Shown one piece after another: positions 40,271 to 51,111 of a DNA stretch of 64,000 nucleotides. Made by a program: the position numbers and the translations under genes. The stretch's first letter is position 1. The number at the start of each line of letters is the position of its first letter. The DNA is from Camelus dromedarius (taxonomy: Eukaryota). The notes below the pieces were generated by a model. That model saw only the letters and a list, made by a program, of their open reading frames with translations. It ran no database searches and was not told where the DNA came from. The DNA lies in the NCBI RefSeq assembly GCF_036321535.1, contig NC_087436.1, forward strand, positions 98,458,001 to 98,522,000, written 5' to 3'.

Positions 40271-41919
40271 CAATTTGGGGAGTGTGAAATTTAAATTGAA
40301 TAACAACCACAAGACAAAAACCCTGGGCATTTTACAATCTTACATTTGCCAATCAAAGACAGAGAGACAGAGTGTATTTGTTAACAAACAAACAAAACCT
40401 AAAACTACAACAACAAACCCCAATTAGATTAAATCTGATAAGACTTCCTTCTGACGTTAATTTTTATTTTATGATTTTTTTTGTTTCACAACATTTTGAA
40501 GGAAAGAGGATTACATACCAATTGCATTCCTTATGACTTCCCCTTCTGATACTTTAACTACATGTTATCTGGCTAGCCAAAGTATTTAAGCTTGCAGGAA
40601 AGATTTCAAAAAAGGAGACTGAAATTTAGCTTCACAATTGGGCTTCACAAACAACTATTTGGATTAGAATGCTCCATTCAATGCATGATAATTTTGTATT
40701 GAGTTGCAAGGGGAAAAATGAAAAGGTTTGGAGCCCATATGTGTATATTCTTTTGCTATGTTAAGAAATATGCCAGTTTTGTCTCCTAGTCCTTCTTAAA
40801 TGTTTTTAGAGGTTGCTCTGTACACTAGTTGACAAAAGCCTGCAATGTCGATGTTTAAGGGCTGTTGATTGCTGGCAGCAAAATATTCCAACTGTGCTGG
40901 CGCCTGAGACAGCATCTCCACATTTTCTTCCAGGATCATCACCTTTGTTCTAAACAGCTCGCTCGTAGTGTGAACAGAGGTCATGTGTTTCAGATTTTCT
41001 GCCTTGGCACCCAGGAAGTCAATATGATTGAGTAAACATATTAAGCTTCCCCTGCATTTCCAGCCTGAACAGATGTTAAGTACAAGCTGATCCACCTCCA
41101 TTCAACCCAAGAGACTCTACATCCACAGACTGTTTCATTTTCTTTTCAATTTATATAGAAGCATAGGTTCTTGCTGGCATGTATAAACGTGCCGTTTAAG
41201 GCAATCAAAAATGGCTCCGCATCTCACTTTGATTTCCACAATTGTTGCTGTAACGATGGACTACTGAGGAGAGAAACTTACATTCTCTGGCAGTTCTTCC
41301 CACGTTGAAGCAACATGTCTGTGGAGAGCCAATATTCCGTAATTACCACACAATTCCTCACAATTTCACAATTCACTAACAGTATGCCTGTTCACAATGT
41401 AAAGCTGATTTTCCTTTAACCAAATAAAACATGAAAAGAGAGCTGGAAGCAATGGGCAATCTAGATCATTAGATGATTGATGCAAAATGAGGGAACATTT
41501 TGACTGGAATAGATTGCAAACATCAGGGCGCTCAGGAGACTTGTGAGCTTTATATTTTGAGGAAATATTTTGTTGATGCTCTTGCAGCTCTTGGTAGCTA
41601 CCAATTAAAAAAGAGGCTCAAAATAATTTACCTACTAGTTACTTCAACTTATTATTTGCAATTATTTCATATCACACAGCCTTTCTCAGAAAGTTCTCAA
41701 CTTTTTCAGCAGAACATTTTCTAATTTCATCCTCTATTCATACTATTTCTCTCACCTTTTAGACAAATAATTGAAAGCAAATAATCACAAACCCAGAATT
41801 TTGCATTTATTATGTTTATTATTTTAATGTTGTAAGAATTATCTAATCAAATGAGTCATAGTATTTGAAAAGTAAGCTCCATGAATAAGTGAAAAGTAGT
41901 AAGTTATGTATCAAGTTTA

Positions 41920-42061
41920 TACCATGATAAGCTCTAATATCTTCTATTCCCAAATATTAGTCCCAAATAGTACCATGGTAAGCTCTAATATCTTCTATTC
42001 CCAAATATTAGTCCCAAATATTACCATGGTAAGCTCTAGTATCTTCTATTCCCAAATATTA
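41920..42061. repeat. 51-bp tandem repeat, about 2.8 copies
   Basis: Unit accatgRtaagctctaatatcttctattcccaaatattagtcccaaataKt starts at 41921, 41972 and 42023. Confidence 0.95.
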
Positions 42062-42670
42062 TTATTTCTTTTAATAGTAATGGAAGTTAGCATTCATTGG
42101 GCACTAAAATATGCATAAGTACTGTACTAAACTCTAGTTGTCACAGCAGTTAATAGTGTAAATTTTGTAACCTATAGCTTCTCTGAAGCATAGGTAGCCA
42201 TAATATGAGAATTTTACATGTTATAGAATTCTCATGTTCATAGCAATAGAAAGTTAAAGAAAGAGGTAGGGAGATAGAGATGGATAGATATAGATAGACA
42301 GACAGATAGACAGATATCAAAATCAAAGTGAGAATAATGCAATCTGATCTATTATAATAAAACTTTGCATAGCTCACAGCATCATGGCAGTCTAGAAAAA
42401 TAAACAAGGGACTTGTAGACAAGACAAGCCTTTCTATTTAAGTGGCACTGAAATGTCGATTGAATTTTTTTAATGATATAAATTTATTAACTCAAAAAAA
42501 GGGCAATCTAGCAAGTAAAAGTTCACAAGTTTGTGAAACAAAATGACATATCCCATTTTAAGGAATACAGACAAAAGAGAAAAAAATGTTATAGAGTTAT
42601 TTTAATTGTGGGAATACTAATTGATGAACCAACAATATGAGAGTGTCAACAAATACTGAACAAATCCAAA

Positions 42671-42731
42671 TGTGTGTGTGTATGTGTGTGTGTGTGTATA
42701 TATATACATATATATATATATGTATATATAT
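42671..42731. repeat. Compound (TG)n(TA)n microsatellite
   Basis: Direct reading. Confidence 0.92.
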
Positions 42732-43112
42732 TCCAGATACTGAAAACTGAGACCCTGAGAACTTAATTTTCTTTGTGCATAGCCTATTACCACATCATGT
42801 AAAGAAATCAGACAATAAAGCAAGAACTGAGATGATACTTATAATGATAATGATAATAGGAAGAAACAAGGGACTGTGGATTAAGGACCAGGAGACCAGG
42901 AAGCCCTAAATATTATTTCCAAAAATTGAATCGAAGTAATATTGACAGGGGTTAGACTAGTGTAGTAAAATATTAGCTCTAGTCTATTATGGATGATATG
43001 GCATTGCAGATTGAAGAGTATGGCAGATCAAAGGGAGAGGCTTGTGGGTGGTTACAAAGAAAAAGAGAATACTCCCAAGGTGTGAAGGCAAGGCAAGTAA
43101 GTGAATATATAG

Positions 43113-43494
43113 ACGTGGGAGGGTTACGAATGCTTGGCAAACGTCATCAGCACTTCCCTATTTGTCCTAGCCTTCTTGCAGTAGGCAGGGCCATGGAATA
43201 AATTGTAGCCAAAGGGTTACGAGTAGAATAGATGAGTGTCCCTTCAGGCCAGTGCAAAATCCTCTGGCACTCACTTCCTCTGTTAGGGCAACCACAAGCC
43301 TTTGTATTGAGATGGTAGAGCATAGAACAGAAGCCATCTATCACTAAAGTACTGCATGGCAGCCAAATATCCTGGAGAGTATGGACCCTAGGTAATTTCA
43401 TGAAAGCAAGAAACAAGTGTGTGATGTTTTAAGCCACTGCCATGTCAGAGTTGATTGTTACAACTACAAAGCCTATCTTATCCTGATTAATACA
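43113..43494 (+). mobile_element. MaLR solo LTR (MLT1H/I/J-like)
   Basis: ccagccttcttgcag-like ctagccttcttgcagtaggcagggccatg...gttttaagccactg...cctatcttatcctgattaataca. Confidence 0.8.
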
Positions 43495-43877
43495 GTTTAT
43501 CAGAAAGTAGAAGTTGGCAAATGAAATAGTCCTTGCACCATAGTAAATCACAGTGAAGCAGAGCATTACAACATTCCATTCTGTATATCAGTGAGAATTT
43601 GTTATATTTACCAATGTTTAGACCCACAGTAGTGTATTAACATGGGTTCAATTGGATTAACCAGTACATACTCATTTTCTTTAGATGTATTTAAGTAACA
43701 AGCCTACTAATGCCATTCAATAAATGGACAAAATGAACATTGGAACATTTTATGCTTCTTCTTGAAAAATGAACAAATATTATTTCACTAATGAAAGCTA
43801 AGAGCGTAATACAATGTTAAGACTGAAGTGGTTCTTCCCTACCATTTAAAGGACAAGTTCTAGAAAAGACAAGTTCT

Positions 43878-43906
43878 ATAAACAAAACACTGTTGCCATG
43901 GCAACA
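43878..43906. promoter_or_regulatory. Perfect RFX X-box with adjacent forkhead motif
   Basis: TGTTGCCATGGCAACA (43891-43906) is a perfect 16-bp palindrome; ATAAACAAA at 43878-43886. Motif match only, function untested. Confidence 0.55.
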
Positions 43907-44364
43907 CATACTTCAGCTTTTACCCTTTAATCACACAGAAAGGATTTTAAAACATTTTTATATTTTCATAGTTTGTGTTAATAGTGCTGACCTCTGAAGC
44001 TGGCATTTCCTGGAAGCTTGTAATTGGTAAAACCTCAGTCTCTCAACTTTTTGACCAGTCTACTAAGAGAGCTTTACCCATGTTTCTCATCACTTATAAA
44101 AATTCAATTCATTTTATGAGCTTAGAAACTTAAAGGCAAAATCAGTTCAACCATGCTTATTTGAATAAAGCATATCTTAATGACAAATATTTTAAGTAAC
44201 TGTCAAATATACCTCTCTCTGAGTCACACATTTTTATATGGGCATATGTGTATGTCTCTGTGGATGTGTGCACACACATATATGATTTAAGGCACTTATT
44301 TTTTAATTAAAATTTCTGGTAAATCAGAAAGCCAATGATAAGGTATAAATCATATATATGAGAT

Positions 44365-44902
44365 TATATTAGTTATCTATTGAAATAATAATAATACCAC
44401 AAACTTTTAGCATAAACAAGGAAAATGTATTGTTTCACAGTTTCTGTGGGTCCAGAGCCTGACCGTGGGCAGGATTTAGTTGAGCTTCAGGGCCTCACAG
44501 AGCTGTAGTCAGGGTGTCAGCCAGGACTGTGGGCTCAGCTGAGGCTCACCGGGGGAGGTACCCTTGCCCACCTTGTGTTTCTTGACAGTATCCAGTAAGT
44601 ACATAGAAGGCTACTAGACTCAGGGCCTCAGTTTCTGCCTGGCTGGGGGCCAGTGGCCACCCCCTGTTCCTTGCTCCGTGGCCTACTCCATATAACAGCT
44701 CACAACTGACAGTGTGTGCCTTCAAGCCCATAAGAGAAAGTGTCTCCTAGAAAGATGGGTTCCACTGTCATGTAATGTAATTATAGACACATAATCACAT
44801 GGTCCCATATCTGCCGCTTGAGGGCATACTTGGAAGAGAATACAAAGGTGCTATCATCAGAAAGTAGGGATTATGAGAGCCACACTAGAGTCCCATACCA
44901 TA
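44365..44902 (-). mobile_element. MaLR solo LTR (MLT1F-like)
   Basis: tatattagttatctattg...tcacagtttctgtgggtccagag...; perfect 5-bp TSD gagat at 44360-64 and 44903-07. Confidence 0.9.
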
Positions 44903-45159
44903 GAGATTTTTCACCCAAGTCTGCATGATTAGAAGGTATACAAAGACAATTTTGTGTGTTTCAAAATTTTTCTTTTATTGAACAACATAAAATGTAATTA
45001 ACTGGTATATGATAATGAAAATTTTTGAAAAATTTTGTCATAAATACTACTTGCATACTTAACTACTTGCTCCCTTTCTCAAGTAAGGCATTTATAAAAA
45101 TTTCAGCATATATCCAGAATAACTCATACCATACTATTATTTTTTACTTTAGGCTGTCG

Positions 45160-45415
45160 GCAGTGTTGCATAGGGAAAGAAGTATAAACACCAATGACTA
45201 AAAAAAAAAAAAAAAAACCTGGGATGAGGTTTGACACAATCATTTGACAGCTAATAAAACCTTTTATGAAGATTTAATATGCCCTATTATCAGTTTTACT
45301 ATCTATCAAATGGATGTAATAATACCTGCTTGATGTGTTTACTATGGATATTAAATATTGTGAGGTTTGAAAAGGCCTGGTATATAGTATCTGCTTACTA
45401 ATAGATATTATTATC
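45160..45415 (+). mobile_element. MIR
   Basis: tcagttttactatctatcaaatggatgtaataatacctgct...ggcctggtatatagta. Confidence 0.65.
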
Positions 45416-45509
45416 AAAATCATACTTCATTCTTTAACATGAAATAATATTTAAGTCTACATCGTATTATATTTCCATATAGTCATTTGAAATGCCAGAT
45501 CACATATGT

Positions 45510-45730
45510 GTTCATTTAATCATTCAATTAATTTCAAACTATCCATTGCATTTCTACATGTTTGCCGTTATTCTATGTAATGCTAGAGTAGTGAACAAAG
45601 CAAAAACCCATGCCCTCACCAGGCTTTTGGTCTAGAATTGGGTACAGCGAGTGGTAAAGAAATCATGAAGAAAACTATACAAAATATCAAGATACTGAGT
45701 ACTGTAGAGAAAAATAAAGCAAGGAAGAAA
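45510..45730 (-). mobile_element. L2 3' end
   Basis: ttcatttaatcattcaatt...gtagtgaacaaagcaaaaacccatgccctcaccaggcttttggtctag. Confidence 0.65.
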
Positions 45731-46419
45731 ATGAACAATCATTTTTCATTTGTTGATCATTTACCAGCACTGAGCATTAGAGACACTCAAGAAAAATAGT
45801 ACTAAGCATTTTCCCGGAAGCTGCATCATCCTTGGTGATACTTGGGGAAAAGACAGGTTCAGTGCACAGTGGATATTATATTATGGAAGCATAGAAGAAG
45901 GACGCCTGATCAGTTTTCACAAGTACCTATGCGTAGTGTCAAGGGAAAAAAATACATAGTTTTCTGTTTAGAGAAAACTAGAACCTGATTCAGTGAATTC
46001 ACACGTTTAAATATATACCTATGAGTGAAAATTTTGCTCCCAAGTTATATGTTATTTTAATTTTCTTGGCTTCGAAAAAAGTACATGAACAAGCAGAATG
46101 ACATGTCTTCTGCTTGTTTCAGTATTGCTTCATACATCTCAGAGCACTGATGATGTTCAGTATTTCTTTGTTTTATGCAAACAGGGTCTAGTGTACTTGA
46201 TGTTATTCTAAGGGTTTATCTGTATCAAGAATTAAAAAGATGTCGATCAGGATACAATAGCCAGTAGTGACTATTTATATCCTACTATGATGTGATATTC
46301 ATTAGGCTTCCTCTTGCAAATTCCCCCTTAAAAATTTCAAGGTAATTCGGTGCTAGTATGGTGTCAGGTGGTGTCTCATTTTCTCAATAAGAGCTGGTGA
46401 CTCTTGGTGAAAGAAAAAG

Positions 46420-46905
46420 TAGAGAACAATTTGAGAATATGTATTAAAATTCAAATGTGATTTTTCTTTGATATATTAATACCATTTCCAAATTTACCTA
46501 TGGAAATAAATTAGAATAAAATTATTATAGAGTTATTTATAATAACAAAATATTAAAAACCGTATAAATTCTCCCAAATGATTGCTAGTTATATAAACCA
46601 TGATACATCCTTTAATAGCTACTCAACATCTAAAAAGTGACAATGTGCCTTATAATAGTAATGGAAATGTATTCATAAGTGTTAAGTTAAAAAGTTAGGT
46701 AAATGCTAGAATGAATTCTGCTATACTATTTTAGCCTGCAAATAAACAATAACTGTATTAAATAAGCAGATAAGACTGAAATATATGTGAGCAAATATTA
46801 ATAATTATCTGAGGTAACAGATTATTGGTAATTTTCAAATATTGCAATTTGCTGTTTGTGATTTTTTTTCTACATGGAATATATATTTCTGACAATTCAA
46901 TGTAA
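46420..46905 (+). mobile_element. Ancient L1ME-like 3' fragment
   Basis: agagaacaatttgagaatatgtattaaaatt...taaaccatgatacatcc...aatggaaatgtattcataag. Confidence 0.55.
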
Positions 46906-47946
46906 TAAAAAATACTGCTGCCTTATATAAATTAAAGGAGGCAATATCAGTTAAATATGATTTTTAATATATTAAATAGGATAATATATCTGAAAGTACA
47001 TGGCATAGTTCTGCTACATATTAGCTACTTAAATATGTATATAGATAAATTTGACAACTATGTGTATTGAAAATTTAACAAATAATCAAACATTATTTGA
47101 TTAAAAATATTTGAACTTTTTATACCACCTGAAAGCCACATCCCAGTCTTTTAGAAGTCAATTTCTGTTAAGGAAAAATGCACAACAATAATCTCAGAAT
47201 TGTATTTCTGCATACTATGATCAGAAGGATCACAACTCATGGGAAAGACAGGAAGTTTCTGCCACAGCTGTAAAATTATATGCCGCACATCTCATTTATT
47301 TGACTTTCTCATACGACTCAAGTAAGAAGTTACAGAAAATATTAATTAAAATACAAGTAAAATGTTTTGCCTGTGAAAAAGGGAATGTCATTTTTTGACA
47401 TCATACTAATTCCATGTAGGATTCTTCACTCTGTAGTAGATGTGAGATTCTGCTTCAAAATGTGGACTCTGCTTCACTTAGAAACCACACCTGGATCTCT
47501 GAAAGTCACTACTAAACACGCAGTCGCAAGTCCAGCTTATCTGGGCTATAGTTCACTGGCAGCTCTGGAAACTATCTGGTGGCTCTAAAACTAGGGGAGT
47601 CTCATTTTTAAAATTCTTGTATCTCCTTTTTGAGAGATGCACTATGATTACCTTCCATAAAACTCTGCTACATTACTCCTGTGCTGCACTGCAGTCAGGA
47701 TGGCGGATTGGCTTCTCACAGTCCATCTTCACTAAGTTGGGATGGTCGTTGAGGAGGGCTGTTAAACTGAATTGGAGCTCGGAAGGAGAGTGTACCATTA
47801 TACACTCACTGTTTACCACGGGGACCAGAGTGGCCTATATGCTGTGAATCTAACAAACGGACTCTGTGTAGACAGCCATTTATGTAGACCCTGAAACAAC
47901 AAATTACAGCTTCCACATGCTTTCCCTTAATCTGGGACTTGATATG

Positions 47947-48322
47947 TGTTATGGACTGAATTATGTCTCCCTCAGATTCATAGGTTGAAGCCCTAACCCA
48001 CAATGTAACCATATTATAGGGAGACAGGGTCTTTTGGAGATAATTAAAGCTAAATTAGGTGACATGGGTAGGGCCCTGATCTGACAGTACTGTCCTTCTG
48101 AAGAGAAACATCAGAAAGCTCTTTGTCCAGGTGCACACAAAGAGCTCACGGTGAGATGGGGACTGCCTACAAACCCAGAGGAGAGGCCCCAGAACGAAAC
48201 CTACTTTGCCAGAACCTTGATGTTGGACATTCCAGCCTCTAGAACTATGAGAAATAATTTTCTTTTGTTTAAGTTAGCCAGTCTGTGGTGTTTCTGTCTG
48301 GCAGCTTGAACTGATTAAAATA
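47947..48322 (+). mobile_element. MaLR solo LTR (MLT1A-like)
   Basis: tgttatggactgaattatgtctccctcagattcataggttgaagccctaaccc...ccagcctctagaactatgagaaataa; perfect 5-bp TSD atatg at 47942-46 and 48323-27. Confidence 0.93.
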
Positions 48323-49344
48323 ATATGCCGTGTTTTATAATAGAAATTCCAAATTGCATGCTCTTTGCTTGAAATCCAAAATTCAAGTTTTCTGATAATT
48401 GAGGAGCCTCTTTTTATGAGTTTATTTCTTGTATATCTTCCACATTTCCTCTTATTTGCCTTTCTTCACCCTCAGCCTATCACTCAGGGTGGCATTATCT
48501 CTAACTGGAAGTTCAGATAAAGCCCTTAATGCAAGCTGTATGTGAAATTTTATGCCACATGGTAACATAAAATTGTAAATAGTCAGAATATTTTATAATT
48601 CTAAGACAAATTTTCTCTGGCAATATCAGTACATGCCTACATTTTTTCCACAGGCACCACAGAAAGTGTTATTTACTCTTCTTCTGTGACAAGCTGAATT
48701 TAGAAGTTTTAGGATATTTGCTGCATTTTCTTCAAAATTTTCAAAAGATACATCTACTATTGCAACATCAGAATTTCTGACTTCCTCTATGTTTTCTTTA
48801 GAAACGTGTGTGTACGTACGTATACATATACACATACATCTCTATAACTTCCTAGATAAACAGAAGTTTTGCCACATTTTTGTTTCAATTATAACAAAAG
48901 GGCTGCACTCAAAGTAAGAATGCTTTTTCCTCCAAGTGTGAATGAAATGTGATTGGTTTCAAAAGCACATTAACATTTGTCGACTTGCAAATAACTGAAA
49001 ACAAGAAACTGAATTGTTAAAGCTTCCCTTAATATTAACAGAAAAAGAAAATGGAAGCAAATGTACTATTAGAACATCTGAGAAATCAGAGCTGCCTTTG
49101 TGAACAACTGAATACTTTTCTAGAGTTTATCATTTAGGCAGCATTGCCACTGATCATTTTCTTGTACATAGAGAAGCTGTATAAGAGATACAGAGACTCC
49201 CAGACCTAATATTTTACAAACATAGCCATATAGTAAAAATTATGATTAAAAATATAAATGTATAAACAATGTAGATTGTTTTGTGTACAGCTGTGTCCAA
49301 TATATAAATATCTAACAATAAAAAAGACAGAAGTGAATTGGAAA

Positions 49345-50027
49345 GAAATGCAAAATGGTGCAGTCACTTTGAAAGACAGTTTGTAAGTTTCTTACAAAAC
49401 TGCACATACGCTTACTGTGTGATCCAGCAGTTATGCTTCTTGGTTTTTACCGAAAAGAGCTGAAAATGTACATCCTCACAAACCTACACATAAACGGTTA
49501 TAGCAGCTTTATTTGTAATTGCTTGAAACTGGAAGCAACGAGGATGTCCTTCAGTAGATGAATGGATAAACAAACTATGGTACATCCATTGAGTGGAATG
49601 TTATTTAACAATAAAAAGATGGGAGATATCAAGCCACACACACAAAAAAATGCACATTACTAAGAGAAAGAAGTCAATCTGAAAGAAAGGCCATATGCTA
49701 TAGAATTCAAACTATATGACATTCTGGAAAAGGCAAAACTACAGAGAAAATAAAAAGACCAGTGGTTGCCAGGTGTTAGGAGGAGGGAGAGAAAGACGAA
49801 TAGATGGAATATAGGGGATTTTCAGGGCAGTAAAACCATTCTGCATAATACCATGATTACCATAATTGCAAGTACATGTCACTATACATTTTTCAAAACA
49901 AAAAATTGATAACAGGGGAAATTAGGGATGGGAGGCAAGAGGTGGAAACTTTCTCTACTTTCTACTCAATTCTTCTATAAACCTAAAAATTCTCAAAAAT
50001 AAAGCCTATTAATTTTAAAATAAAAAG
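49345..50027 (+). mobile_element. L1MC1/2-like 3' end
   Basis: aatgcaaaatggtgcagtcactttgaaagacagtttg...gacattctggaaaaggcaaaact...cagtggttgccagg...aaataaag. Confidence 0.9.
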
Positions 50028-51067
50028 TAACTACATATTACAAATATATTCTTTTTTTTTCCATTCAATCAAGAAACACTTACTGAATTCCTATTATGTT
50101 TTAGGTCCTGTAAGAATGAGCAAGGGAAATGGAATTAACTTCCTTGACAGTCATATGAAATTCTCCAGTGGAAAAGAAACTAAAATTACTAAATTCTAAA
50201 AAATAACTATTTGCTCAAAATTTCATATTTCAAATCAAATAGTATGCTAACCTTCTGTTGTGAATTATTGTTTTTAGTAAATATTTTAAAAATGTTATCT
50301 TGAAATTATATTTAATTTGATAAGTAGAAATTTCAGAAGCAAGGTAAAATTTCCAAAATGTATTGCACAATCTGTGTCCCTTTATGTTCTCCATATATTT
50401 AAAATTCAGTTACTCTAGTCTGAGAGAATAAAATTTATACTGTGTAAATTATCACATCAGAAGTTTCATATCTGTGTATTGGAAACCAACAAAGGTCATA
50501 CTTTAAGAATAGTTAAATATGTATTGTAAAAGAAATGAGCTTTTGTCAGAATATGTAGCTGAAGTATTTTAAGTCATTTATGAAGAAACCCAAACAGATA
50601 TGGCTGATATGATAAAACAAAAATCAACTGCAGCTTACTATTCCATTATTACCTTTTTAAAAAAGCAGCAGGAACCTAAAATGTCCAAATGGAATAAGAA
50701 TTTTATTTAACCTCCGAAGAAAATCTATGTTTTGTCTAAGAAAAAGCTAAAAGGCTGAGTTTATTTAAAGAGGAAAATGATTCAGCAGTTGTTTAGCTAA
50801 GAACTTTTTACAACCCACATAAAGACATTTTTTAGTGAAAACTAAAAAGAGTAATTAAGTCCTACAGCCTCTAAATTAATACACAAGCCATCTTTTTTAA
50901 AACTAAGAATTTAGTTTAAAATGCTCTGACTATATAAATAAAATTATCACTAGAAAGTGATTCTTTGCCACCAAATGTAACCTTTATTATTATTATTTTT
51001 AATGATAAGCAACTTGAAATAAATTTCCAAACCCTCAAATAATTGTCAAATCTCAAGGCTAATAGTG

Positions 51068-51069
<2 letters not shown>

Positions 51070-51109
<40 letters not shown>
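51070..51109. repeat. (GT)n microsatellite
   Basis: Direct reading. Confidence 0.97.

Positions 51110-51111
<2 letters not shown>

Noticed and set aside
41906..42118. Repeat protein or CRISPR-like array
   Set aside because: Head-to-tail 51-bp tandem duplication with no unique spacers, in eukaryotic DNA with no cas genes.
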